64,000 bases of DNA from positions 1,399,095 to 1,463,094 of the forward strand of contig CP089923.1 of assembly GCA_041879365.1 (NCBI GenBank), written 5' to 3'. Shown piece after piece: positions 22,907 through 32,882 of this stretch. The notes beneath the pieces were generated by a model. It saw only the letters and a list, made by a program, of their open reading frames with translations, was not told the origin of the DNA and ran no database searches. The stretch comes from Nodosilinea sp. LVE1205-7 (lineage in GTDB: Bacteria > Cyanobacteriota > Cyanobacteriia > Phormidesmidales > Phormidesmidaceae). Position 1 is the stretch's first letter, and every line of letters begins with the position of its first letter. The position numbers and the translations under genes were made by a program.

Positions 22907-24610
22907 ATGTCATATTCATCTAAACCATTGGCTAAGCCTTGGGTAACCACCTTCGACGAGTTTGTGCAATTGGCAGATTATTCTCTGATGGATACTTTGA
23001 ATGCCGATCCTGATGCCACGGTCGATGGTGATGATCATCGGGCCCGCCAGGTTTTTTCTGGTCATTTCGTACCTGTGACACCCACGCCGCTTGCAGAACC
23101 AGAATATGTAGCCCATAGCAGCACTTTTTTTAAGGAACTTGGGTTGAGCGATGATCTGGTGCTGAATGAAAAATTTCGCCAGGTATTTTCTGGTGATCTG
23201 TCTGTGGTCCATGGGCCGATGCGTCAGGTTGGCTGGGTGACGGGTTATGCGCTGTCGATTTATGGCACCGAATATACTCAACAATGTCCCTTCGGCACGG
23301 GTAATGGTTATGGCGATGGTCGGGCCATATCGGTGTTTGAAGGAATCATCAATGGCCAGCGCTGGGAAATGCAATTGAAAGGGGGTGGCCCAACGCCCTA
23401 TTGCCGGGGTGCCGATGGGCGCGCCGTGCTCCGTTCAAGTGTGCGCGAGTTTCTGGCGCAAGACTATATGCAGGCGTTAGGTGTTCCCACATCGCGCTCT
23501 TTGACACTGTATGTTTCTAAATCTGAGACCGTTGCCCGGCCTTGGTATTCTCAAGACTCCCACTCCATCGACCCTGATATTTTGGTGGACAATCCTGTGG
23601 CCATTTCAACTCGCGTTGCACCATCCTTTCTGCGGGTTGGTCAGCTAGAGTTATTTGCCCGTCGCGCTCGCCGTGATGCTCATCCAAAAGCATTAGAAGA
23701 GTTGAGCATGATAGTATCCCATTTAATTGAGCGAGAATACAAAAGCGATATTGATCAAACCCTTGGTTTTGCAGATCAATTAGTTGAGTTGGCTAAGTTA
23801 TTTCGCCAGCGTCTTACGACCCTGGTGGCCAATTGGCTACGGGTTGGTTACTGCCAGGGTAATTTTAATAGTGACAACTGCGCTGCTGGTGGCTTTACTC
23901 TCGACTATGGACCATTTGGGTTTTGTGAAATTTTATACCCTTGGTTTCAACCTTGGACTGGCGGCGGCAAACACTTTTCCTTCTTCAATCAGCCCATCGC
24001 AGCAGAGGCAAATTATCATATGTTTTGGCAATCTGTAAGACCATTACTTGCAGAAGATGCTGAAGCTTTAGAACCGTTCGACCAAGTACGCCGTGGCTTT
24101 GCAGAAGCAATGCAGGAACAAGTTCAAAAAATGTGGGCGGCCAAACTTGGCTTACCTGAATTTAACCCAACGCTATTTAAGGGATTAATGGAGTTAATGA
24201 CCCAATCGGAGATAGATTACACTATCTTCTTTCGAGAGTTATCCCATATACCAGACGATATCTCACCATTGAAAAAAAGCTTCTATGGTAAAACGTCGCC
24301 CCAACTCGATGAACAATGGCAATCTTGGTTAAAAAGCTGGCGTGACCTCGCCCTTAACCACGGCAATTTGGCTGAGATATCAACAAAGATGAAACAGACT
24401 AACCCCAAATACGCATGGCGAGAGTGGTTGGTCGTCCCTGCCTATCAACAAGCCATGCAGGGTAACTACAGGTTAGTTAAAGAGTTGCAAGACGTACTGA
24501 GCTATCCCTATGATGAGCAATCCCAGGAAGTAGAAGATAAATACTATCGCCTAAAACCCAAGGCGTTTTCTAACCTTGGTGGCGTCTCGTACTATAGCTG
24601 TTCATCGTGA
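22907..24610 (+). CDS. selO: Protein adenylyltransferase SelO (YdiU/UPF0061 family)
   Basis: 567 aa; the conserved block [41 protein letters not shown] and the overall length match SelO. Confidence 0.85.
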   Translation: MSYSSKPLAKPWVTTFDEFVQLADYSLMDTLNADPDATVDGDDHRARQVFSGHFVPVTPTPLAEPEYVAHSSTFFKELGLSDDLVLNEKFRQVFSGDLSVVHGPMRQVGWVTGYALSIYGTEYTQQCPFGTGNGYGDGRAISVFEGIINGQRWEMQLKGGGPTPYCRGADGRAVLRSSVREFLAQDYMQALGVPTSRSLTLYVSKSETVARPWYSQDSHSIDPDILVDNPVAISTRVAPSFLRVGQLELFARRARRDAHPKALEELSMIVSHLIEREYKSDIDQTLGFADQLVELAKLFRQRLTTLVANWLRVGYCQGNFNSDNCAAGGFTLDYGPFGFCEILYPWFQPWTGGGKHFSFFNQPIAAEANYHMFWQSVRPLLAEDAEALEPFDQVRRGFAEAMQEQVQKMWAAKLGLPEFNPTLFKGLMELMTQSEIDYTIFFRELSHIPDDISPLKKSFYGKTSPQLDEQWQSWLKSWRDLALNHGNLAEISTKMKQTNPKYAWREWLVVPAYQQAMQGNYRLVKELQDVLSYPYDEQSQEVEDKYYRLKPKAFSNLGGVSYYSCSS

Positions 24611-24779
24611 TCAGTGTGTTCTAGACTAAGGGGTAATCCTTTTAGGACAAGGTGCGATCGCTGGTGCTGTCGGGGGCGATCGCTACACCAGCGATGCAGA
24701 GCCATCAGGTTTTGCTCTCCAACCTTTGAGCCGAGGGGGGTTGGGGGAGTCTTGACCGGCCTTGGGGTGAGGGATAGGG

Positions 24780-25600
24780 AGCCTGGTCACTTACTATCGA
24801 TGGTTGGTGATTTATCAGGGGTAGGATGGGCAAAGGGCCTGAGCCCGTGCCCATCACCTGAGAGTGATCAGGCCAGGTTAAACCCTGACCTGGAGCTGGG
24901 CAGATCCTGGCTGCGATCGCGGGTGGCGGGGGTGCGATCGCAGTTGGTCGCTGGCTAGGGGGTATTGTTGGGCCTTGATGCTTAAGTTGGGGGTGGAAGG
25001 GTGGTAAGGTCTAATCTATTACGGGCAAGGGCTCCTGATCACTGATTACTGACCCCTGATTACTGTTTTTCTTACCGGGGGAATGGCGATTTCCCCCGGA
25101 CCCCCTCGCCCAGGGCGTGCCGCCGCCCTGGACCCGACGGAAGGGGTTAAAGGGTGGGCCGCCGATCGCGCTTCGCTTTGCTCTCAGCCTGTAGACCCCG
25201 GTTGCTTGAGGAGAAGCTTCCTATGGGTGGGAATCTGGGTGGTGCGGGCTCCTGATCACTGACTACTGATTCCTGACCACTCACTTCGCTTTGCTCTCAG
25301 CCTGTAGACCTGGGGAGGGGGCTACAGGCGCAGGGCGGATAGAGAAGTCTATCTAAGGGTGAGGGAGTTGGTGGCCAGGGCTTCTGACTACTGACCACTG
25401 ATTCCTGACCACTCACTTCATCGCGCTTCGTATTGCTCTCAGCTTGTAGACCTCTGCTGCTTAAGCAGGAATTTTGTCAGGGTGAGATAGGGGGTAGAGG
25501 GGACTCCTGATGACTGACCGCTGAAACGCTTGCGAATCGCTTGCTGACTGAGGGAGAGGGCTGCAAAACCGGATGCACCCAGACGTTCTCGCCAAAGCGA
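24780..25600. repeat. Left block of a composite repeat region: element A (~105 bp), double-hairpin element B, then ~130-150 bp satellite-like units containing STRR-like heptamer tracts
   Basis: 24812-24916 is repeated verbatim at 28421-28525. 25076-25200 (CCGGGGGAATGGCGATTTCCCCCGG…CCCAGGGCG…CGCCCTGG) is repeated at 28705-28830. The units CTCAGCCTGTAGACC–TGGGGAGGGGGCTACAGG–…–CTGACTACTGACCACTGATTCCTGACCACTCACTTC recur at 27660-27840 and 28830-29060. Confidence 0.6.
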
Positions 25601-25759
25601 TAGTTGCATTATGTCACTGACAGTGCCTAGCCTGTAGCAGTCTGGCAACAGTTACATCCAGGCCAGTGCGGCCGTCCTGGTCAAGTTTTTTAACTGCGCT
25701 GCCAAACCCATGGGTTTTCGAGATAGAGTACCCACCAGTGTCTAGCGCTTTTCCAGAAC

Positions 25760-27419
25760 ATGTTCAAACGCCATTCCTTCTGCCGTTTAGCAATTTTATC
25801 ACTGTCTGGAGTTCTGTTGGGTTCAGCCCTGGGGGCTCCAGGCTTAAGGGCAGAGGTAACCGTACTAGACAAAGCAGTCAGTCCAGCACTGCAGTCCCGG
25901 GTAAGTCCGATGGTGTCACCGGTACCCTTGCCGAGGCAGGCCCGTCGCTTTTCTCCTCCGAGTGGCGAAGAGAAGGCTGCCCAGTGGTTTGAAGCCCATC
26001 GCCAGCGTCCCACCTTGCTGCGGGCCTTCGTTCAGCGCATGCCAAAGGGCGGCGATATCCACAGCCATCTAAGTGGAGCAGTCTATGCCGAAGATTACCT
26101 GCGGTGGGCGGCGGCAGATGGATACTGTGTCGCCCCCCAGGGACCTGCCTTGGTGAAACCCAGCGCTTGCGGGCAGGATAGCAGTTACTTCCCAGCCTCT
26201 GAACTCTTCAACCGCACCGCTACCTACAATGCTCTGATTAACCTATGGTCTACCCGCAACCTACCCTTTGCCGGGCAGTCAGGCCATGATCGAATTTTTC
26301 GAGGCCTTCGCTGGTTTTTCTGACATCTCCTCAGAGTTGGCTCGTCAGGACGATATGGTAGCTTCCGTGGCTAATCGAGCCGCCAAGCAACACATTGCCT
26401 ACCTGGAACTGATGATGACCGTGAAGGGAAGTGAGGTGCGTCAGCTGGGCCGGACCGTAGGCTGGCAGGATAACTTTACCCAGATGCAGCGGCAGTTGAT
26501 GCAGGGCGGCCTGATGAATTTAGTGGCTGTCGGCGCTCAGGAGATGACGAAGCTTGAGGAACAGGTGGCTCAGAACCTGGGTTGTGGTACGGCGGCAGCT
26601 CAGCCAGGCTGTGGGGTGACGGTGCGGTATTTGCAGCAAACAACCCGTACCAAGGCTCCAGAGGAAGTGTTTGCCCAGTTTGTCTACGCCTTTGAGTTAG
26701 CCAAGGCCAGTGCCCAGGTGGTGGGTATCAATCTGGTGGCCCCAGAGGATCATCCGATTGCCCTGCGGGACTACACCCTGCAGATGGAAATGCTGGAGTT
26801 TCTGAAGAAGCAGTCTCCTGAGGTGAAGGTTTCCCTCCATGCCGGTGAGCTGGCGTTGGGTCTGGTGCCACCGGAGGAAATGACCTTTCACATCCGTCAG
26901 GCCGTAGAGCTAGCTCAGGCCAGCCGTATCGGCCATGGAGTCGCCATTCTCCACGAGCAGAACCCCTTTGAACTGATGGCGGAGATGGCTAAACGGGGGG
27001 TGTTGGTGGAAATTTGTTTGACCAGTAATGAGGTGATTCTTAATGTTGAGAAGGAGGAACATCCCTTTTTGGAGTACCAAGCCGCCGGTGTACCCCTGAC
27101 CCTGGCTTCCGATGATGAGGGCATATCCCGGATTGACCTGAGTAATGAGTACTTGCTTGCCGCCCTGCGCTACGACCTGCGCTACCCAGAGCTGAAAAAG
27201 CTGGTCCGCAACAGTTTGGAGCATAGCTTTCTGGAGGGGGATAGTCTGTGGCAATCGCCCCAGTTCGCTGCCGTGACAGCGGTCTGTGCCAAGGATGAGC
27301 CTGGGACTCAGGCCCTTTCTCCTGGCTGTGCTAGCTTTCTGGCCCAGAGCGATCGGGCCCGGGTCCAGTGGCAGTTAGAAAGGGACTTTGCTGAGTTTGA
27401 GAACCTCTCCTGGTTCTAA
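25760..27419 (+). CDS. Adenosine deaminase family protein with an N-terminal signal peptide (secreted/periplasmic ADA-like); frameshift at a T5 run (26295-26299)
   Basis: Signal peptide LAILSLSGVLLGSALGAPGLRA. The metal-binding motif GGDIHSHLSGAV, SLHAGE, a later GHG and the C-terminal half match the adenosine/AMP deaminase fold. T5 to T6 gives the continuous read HDRIFFEAFAGF. Confidence 0.8.
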
Positions 27420-27483
27420 GGATGGCTGCTTAGTGGTGCGGAAAAGTCCTGAAAGTACTGATATTCGGGAGAGTGATTAGAAT

Positions 27484-27628
27484 TTTGTGTAAACCCTGGT
27501 TTTGGCAACTAAAAATCAATGGTTTCAGCCTGATCTGGCAATGTTTTCTGAACACTCCCGCTGGTTCCCATTTTGCTATCCTGTTTCCAGGACGTTTCAA
27601 TTTCTAACTAAATCCCCGTTTACACAAA
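27484..27628. mobile_element. MITE family B copy 1 (TIR TTTTGTGTAAAC)
   Basis: 145 bp bounded by TTTTGTGTAAAC / GTTTACACAAAA. A near-identical copy at 36386-36676 carries a nested insertion. Confidence 0.5.
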
Positions 27629-27644
27629 AATCCGAACAGTCCCC

Positions 27645-27840
27645 TTCTGATTACTGACCACTGATTCCTGACCACTCACTTCATCGCGCCTCTCAGCTTG
27701 TAGACCTGGGGAGGGGGCTACAGGCACAGGGCGCAGGACGCAAGGCGGATAGAGAAGTCTATCTAAGGGTGAGGGAGTTGGTGGCCAGGGCTTCTGACTA
27801 CTGACCACTGATAACTGACCACTCACTTCGCTGATTACGG
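27645..27840. repeat. One satellite-like unit with heptamer (STRR-like) tracts, same family as in the flanking blocks
   Basis: …CTGATTACTGACCACTGATTCCTGACCACTCACTTC…CTCAGCTTGTAGACCTGGGGAGGGGGCTACAGG…GGATAGAGAAGTCTATCTAAGGGTGAGGGAGTTGGTGGCCAGGG…. Confidence 0.55.
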
Positions 27841-27845
27841 TTTTT

Positions 27846-27860
27846 AGGGCAATTTGCCCT
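27846..27860. promoter_or_regulatory. 15 bp perfect palindrome AGGGCAATTTGCCCT at the head of the tandem-repeat locus
   Basis: AGGGCAA-T-TTGCCCT. A related AGGGCACCTTTGCCCT occurs at 63538-63553. Confidence 0.3.
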
Positions 27861-27878
27861 AAAAACCTTAAGGTTTCA

Positions 27879-28070
27879 TCTATGCATATGTCGATCACCA
27901 TTAAGCACATTCTAAACACACGCGTGCAACTGTTGTTGTAGTCTATGTGCATAAAGAGCACCATTGAGCGCATCCTAAACACAGGGTGTGATCGTTAAAA
28001 ATGCGCCAAAAACCACTGTTTTGATCTATGTGTATGGCGATCACCATTGAGTGCATGCTAAACACAGGCC
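27879..28070. repeat. Three tandem copies of a ~64-82 bp repeat (TCTATG…GATCACCATT(A/G)AG(C/T)(A/G)CAT(T/C/G)CTAAACACA…)
   Basis: Copies start at 27879, 27943 and 28025. The 3' end of each copy (…CACAGG(G/C)(T/C)TGTGATCG…) seeds the following 21 bp array. Confidence 0.6.
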
Positions 28071-28343
28071 TGTGATCGATGTTTGCACGCCTGTGATCGT
28101 TATACACACCCGTGTGATCGATGTGCGCAGCGGTGTGATCGTTATACACAGGCGTGTGATCGATATGCGCACGGGTGTGATCGTTAAGCACAGCCGTGTG
28201 ATCGATATGCGCAGCGGTGTGATCGGTATGTACAGCCGTGTGATCGATGGTTGCAGGGGTGTGATCGTTAAACACACCCCTGTGATCGCTGTTGGCGGAG
28301 GTGAAATCGGTGTGTACAGCCCTGCGATCGCGGTTGGTCACCG
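28071..28343. repeat. Array of 13 perfectly phased 21 bp direct repeats, consensus TGTGATCG(A/T)T(A/G)T(G/A)C(G/A)CA(G/C)(C/G)(C/G)G
   Basis: Unit starts at 28071 + 21n (n = 0-12). Units alternate between two sub-types (…CGATGTGCGCAGCGG / …CGTTATACACAGGCG), giving a 42 bp super-period. Four adjacent units (28092-28175) read TGTGATCGTTATACACA or TGTGATCGATGTGCGCA, resembling CRP-family TGTGA-N6-TCACA sites. Confidence 0.85.
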
Positions 28344-28379
28344 TCTGAGGAGTGTTGTTCTGCCTCAATGCTGAGCTTG

Positions 28380-29110
28380 GGGGTAAAAGCTTAGATACAG
28401 AGGTCTCCTAATCACAGCGGGGTAGGATGGGCAAAGGGCCTGAGCCCGTGCCCATCACCTGAGAGTGATCAGGCCAGGTTAAACCCTGACCTGGAGCTGG
28501 GCAGATCCTGGCTGCGATCGCTATGGGCCGGGGGGACATGGATGAAGCCATGGGGGAGACTACTCTTCCCGGCCCCCCATAGGGTGTTGTCTGGCTTTGA
28601 GCTTGAAGGGTGGATGCTTGAGGAGCAGCTTCCTGTGGGTGAAAATCTGCGTGTTAAGAGCTCCTGATCGCTGATTACTGACTACTGGATTACTATTTCT
28701 TTTGCCGGGGGAATGGCGATTTCCCCCGGACCCCCTCGCCCAGGGCGTTCCGCCGCCCTGGACCCGACGGAAGGGGTTAAAGGGTGGGTGGCCGATTGCG
28801 CTTCGCATTGGTCTCAGCTTGTAGGCCTGGGGGAGGGGGCTACAGGCGCAGGGCGCAGGGCGGATAGAGAAGTCTATCTAAGGGTGAGGGAGTTGGTGGC
28901 CAGGGCTTCTGACTACTGACGACTGATAACTGACTGCTGATTCCTGACCACTCACTTCATCGCCCTTCGCTTTGATCTCAGCCTGTAGACCTGGGGGAGG
29001 GGGCTACAGGCGCAGGGCGCAAGGCGGATAGAGAAGTCTATCTAACGGTGAGGGGGTCGGTGGCCAGGGATTCACCCTATAGAACCCGCGACTAGGATCG
29101 AGCTAAGGGC
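28380..29110. repeat. Right block of the composite repeat region (element A, spacer, element B, two satellite units); direct repeat of 24780-25450
   Basis: 28421-28525 is identical to 24812-24916. 28705-28830 matches 25076-25200. 28830-29060 holds two units of the CTCAGC(C/T)TGTAGACC…GGCTACAGG…CACTCACTTC family. Confidence 0.6.
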
Positions 29111-29480
29111 AATGGTTGGGGGGCTAGTTATATTGGGCCGGACACCAGTTGATCAGATGCCCAGTTCTTACTCAAGAATGACGCATCCATGAGCAAACCC
29201 GTACCATTGCTAAAGAAATCTTGAGTTACAGAGCAGCCAGGGCGCGGGGGTATTTATACTGAAACTTTCCACCTAAGATCCCCTATTCGGCATTTAGGCT
29301 GAATTTTTTCCACCTAAGATCCCTCCAGGGGTGTTTAGGCGGACAGATTTCCACCTAAGATTCCCTATAGGGGTATTAGACGGAAAATTTCCCTCTATTT
29401 AGTAGTTGGACTGAATTGGCAACAGTGATTTTGAGAAAACTGCTGGATTTAAACCAAAGCCAAGGGAGAACGTTTAGCTT

Positions 29481-30891
29481 ATGTCTTTTGGAAAGTTTGT
29501 CTTTATCCTCCTATTTTTCACGATTTTCGATCTTCCTACCAAAGCATTTGCCGCAGAACAGCCCGTCGCGAATCTTTCACGCATTTAACCAAAAATACAG
29601 TGAGGTTGACGACTTTGTTTGTACGCTTGCTGAGCAAGGGTATTCCCACATACAAATCTCACCCGCACAACAATCGAATCCTAACAACGTCAATTCTAAT
29701 CCAAATGCCCCTGTGAATGTATGGGCAGGGCGTTATCAGCCTGTTAGCTATAGGGTGATTGACGGATTAGGATCTGAGCAAGACTTAAAGACTCTAACTG
29801 ATAAAGCCCATAGCTGTAAGATTAAGGTGATTGCCGACGTGGTTTTTAATCACATGGCGAGCATGAATCAATATAGCTCTCTAACTAACTTCCCTGACTT
29901 TCCCGATCCAAATGCTAGAGATGTCAGGAAAAATGGGTCAACCTATTTTCACAAGCAATGTGACATCAACTACAATGATGGTAACAGATCCACGGAAGTA
30001 AATTGTTGGTTGGGAGGTGCTCTTCCCGATCTCAATCAAAACAATTCAACTGTTAAGCAGGTTCAGAAAGCGCATTTGCAGAAGCTGCTGGATCTGGGGA
30101 TTGATGGCTTTCGGTTTGATGCCGCTAAACATATGCCGCCAGAAGCTATTCAAGAGTACATTAGCTACATTAATCAAGCGAGTAATAATCAGGCATGGAA
30201 TTATCTTGAGGTGATTGAAGATAATGATACGAGTGCGACCAACTATAATTTCATTGCTGCTGTAGAAGACTTTGTTCTCTATAGCTCAATGAAAAATGCA
30301 TTTACCTTTGGTGGGGATCTGCGATCATTACGAGTCCCCGTTGCCATTAACGATTCACGTAGCGTAGTATTTGGGCGAAACCATGACCAGATTAAACGTT
30401 TGAATGATGACGCTCTAAATGCCTACGATGATGAAACAGATTCTTATCTGGCGACGGCTTATGTGTTGGCTAGGCAGCAGGGCACTCCATTAATATTTGG
30501 ACCAGACAATTTAGTTCCTTATATTCCTGCTGGAGTCAAGTTTCGTCGGATCATGCATGAGAGAGGGAAGGAAGGTCGTAACGTAAAAGATAATGTTTTG
30601 CAGGTACCTGATAGTAAAACCGTCTTAATGATGGAACGGGGTAGCGAAGGATTCTTTGTTGTTAATAAGGGATTGGATAAATTTAATGTTCAGGTTATGG
30701 ACTTGACGCTCACTAATTTAGAGGGGTGTTACAGAGAACTACGAAATAACTTTACCGTCGCAATTGAGAGGAGGGCTAACAATAAGAAGTTTGTCACTCG
30801 GTGGGGAACGTGGGATCGCGGTGGGATGGAAGTTCAAGGTCGAGATGCAATATACTTCATTCGTGAACCATTTAATCAATGTGCGAAATAA
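29481..30891 (+). CDS. Secreted alpha-amylase family (GH13) protein; signal peptide is in a different frame from the catalytic domain
   Basis: GH13 conserved regions DVVFNHM and GFRFDAAKHM are present. A signal peptide MSFGKFVFILLFFTIFDLPTKAFAAEQ (29481-) reads in the +1 frame relative to the main ORF (29416-30891), so an indel near 29560 is implied. Confidence 0.7.
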
Positions 30892-31300
30892 ATAGCTGTG
30901 TTATGGCGGCTCCTGGACTAATGAGGTGTGGCCAGCCCCTTACTAGTAAGGATTTCGCGCTGGAGGATGTACCTCACTCGGACAAGAACTGCTATATAAC
31001 CAGCCGCCCAACACTGCGCTGCAACGGACGAAATCGAGTCTTGATGAGAATGCCAAAATTACTTGCTGCCGTTGAGCTTCACCGTTAGACCGCTGAATTG
31101 TCGGTTGGAGCAGTACTTGAAGCTTATCTGTTTGTTAAACTGTTTCAGTGTTCGATTGCGGAGTGTGCGAAAGTTCTTGTTTGAAACATAAAGTCTAACT
31201 ACTAAACGTTATCAATTAAGCACGTCTTAAATTCTTAAGTCTCCCAAGCACTTTAGCTAGCAATCAAAGTTAATGTTTAACGAACCTAGAAAAACTTTAG

Positions 31301-32695
31301 ATGCTTATGTATAAAGCCCTTCCAACAATCATATTTTTAAGTTCTGTTACTGCTGTGTTGTCTCTTATTGTATGGTTGTTGGGCACATGGCTTAAATTTA
31401 ATTATTTAACATCCTTACTAATCTTCACTGGCTTATTTTTGCTCATCCTATACTCTGTAGGCTCAATCAGAATAATTAATCAAGGAAACGAAGGTTTAAT
31501 AGAGCGGTTAGGGCGTTATCATCGCAAACTTGTACCGGGTTTGAACTTTATTATTCCATTTATGGACACGATTGTTTTAGAAGAAAGCACTCGTGAGAGA
31601 GTTTTTGATATAACTCCACATCTGACTATCACAAAAGATGGGGTTCCTCTAGAAATAGGTGTTGTTGTTTTTTGGCGAATCCTACAACTTGAAAGGACTT
31701 ATTATAGCATTGAGGATATTGAGGAGGGCTTAAGAAATATTATAGTTAATTCTCTTCGATTTAAAGTTGGCAGATTTGAATTGGAAAAAGTATTTTCTTT
31801 GAGAGATGACATAAGTTATAGTCTTTTAGCAATCTTAGATGATGCCACTGCTACTTGGGGAATTAAAATTACACGTATCGAAGTAGGAGATATTCTTCTC
31901 GCCAAAGCAGTGTTAGGTGAAAATTCCGACACCATTGAATTCAGCTTCCACAATGGGATCGATTGGGAAGCTTTTAGATATTCATTCAACTTGACGATTG
32001 AAAATGAAGGAGTGGAACTCAGCATTCAAGGTATAGAAGATAGAGGTGATGGAGTCCTTGTAGTTAAAGTTAGGGTTCCTTCTAACGTAAATAAAGCACA
32101 AATTTACAAAGACTTTACTACAAATTATGAAACAGCTTTTAAGGAATTGGAAGCTAGATACAGTGCTGAATTAAAAGCTAAGGAAGGTGAGATTGCAATC
32201 TACCGTGAACAAAGTTCAAGTATGTGGACGGTAATAAATTCATTGGCAAACCGACCTATAAATGTACAAGCAATTGCAAAAGCTATGAACGAAAGTACGG
32301 ATCAGAGTCAAAATATCAACATTGGTGGCAATGTCACTGGATCAACTATCAATTTGGGGGAAATCAGTGGTAGTGTTTCAAATACAGTTGCTCAATTGCC
32401 AAGTTCTCCAGATCCCAATCAACCTGGTGTAAAGGAACTACTGAGTCAGCTCCAAGAGATTATTGAGCAAGAGAAAGAACTATCATCTGAAGACAAAGCA
32501 GATCTGTTGGAGCAAGTTAAAGCTTTGGCAGAAGTGCAACAAGCTCCTGAGCAAAACCAGAAAGAAGGATTGGCACGGAAAGCCAAAAAGATGTTTGAAG
32601 CGACTTTGAAGAGTTTACCTGAAACTGCCAAAATTGTAGATGCTAGTGCTAAATTACTGCCTATGATCTTAAAGTTGCTAGGATTGCCAGTATAA
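31301..32695 (+). CDS. SPFH/band-7 (stomatin/prohibitin-like) membrane protein with a ~150 aa C-terminal extension
   Basis: Two N-terminal TM helices, then an SPFH core (…IINQGNEGLIERLGRYHRKLVPGLNFIIPFMDTIVLEESTRERVFDITPH…). The extension (NINIGGNVTGSTINLGEISGSVSN…KADLLEQVKALAEVQQ…KKMFEATLKSLPETAKIVDASAKLLPMILKLLGL) resembles N-terminal adaptor domains of cyanobacterial STAND/CHAT-type proteins. Confidence 0.75.
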   Translation: MLMYKALPTIIFLSSVTAVLSLIVWLLGTWLKFNYLTSLLIFTGLFLLILYSVGSIRIINQGNEGLIERLGRYHRKLVPGLNFIIPFMDTIVLEESTRERVFDITPHLTITKDGVPLEIGVVVFWRILQLERTYYSIEDIEEGLRNIIVNSLRFKVGRFELEKVFSLRDDISYSLLAILDDATATWGIKITRIEVGDILLAKAVLGENSDTIEFSFHNGIDWEAFRYSFNLTIENEGVELSIQGIEDRGDGVLVVKVRVPSNVNKAQIYKDFTTNYETAFKELEARYSAELKAKEGEIAIYREQSSSMWTVINSLANRPINVQAIAKAMNESTDQSQNINIGGNVTGSTINLGEISGSVSNTVAQLPSSPDPNQPGVKELLSQLQEIIEQEKELSSEDKADLLEQVKALAEVQQAPEQNQKEGLARKAKKMFEATLKSLPETAKIVDASAKLLPMILKLLGLPV

Positions 32696-32882
32696 GAAGT
32701 TTTTGAAGTTGTCATAGTCAATTAGGTTAAGTGCGCGGTCTAACAATTCAAATGCAGCGGACAGACTGAAATGCTTTCTGCTTCGTTTCGAGTCCTATGC
32801 TGCCGCTGATTTGAGCCGTTAGCAATCCACGGCGCTTCACACCTTCAGGGTGAAAGTAACTAGCTCTCGCCAATAAGTATAT

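Noticed and set aside
24599-24625. Selenocysteine read-through of the selO TGA stop
   Set aside because: Read-through would continue in-frame into repeat DNA (…U-SVCSRLRGNPFRT…) with no SECIS-like element and no conserved sequence. Bacterial SelO ends with Cys-containing tails without Sec.
24614-24958. ORF 24614-24958 and other ORFs inside the repeat blocks (for example 28560-28808, 28713-28919)
   Set aside because: They lie entirely within GC-rich satellite/HIP1 repeats, start with non-ATG codons and give low-complexity Arg/Gly/Cys-rich translations. They are artefacts of repeat composition.
27846-28343. Chromosomal oriC
   Set aside because: No DnaA-box consensus (TTATCCACA / TGTGGATAA) is present and there is no dnaA or dnaN nearby. 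A plasmid or phage-type iteron, or a regulator-binding array, remains possible but not oriC.
27943-28374. His-rich heptad-repeat protein (…IDHTAVHTDHTAAHIDHTAVLNDH…) and other ORFs predicted over the 21 bp array on both strands
   Set aside because: Only one of the six frames has a stop inside the repeat unit (TGA in TGTGATCG), so five frames stay open by construction. The frames carry no convincing start or RBS and are overlapping, mutually exclusive ORFs. A non-coding tandem array explains the region better.
24600-29400. CRISPR array
   Set aside because: The repeats are long (60-150 bp), variable in length and related to their 'spacers'. There is no regular repeat-spacer periodicity and no cas genes in the window. 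The 21 bp array has no spacers at all.
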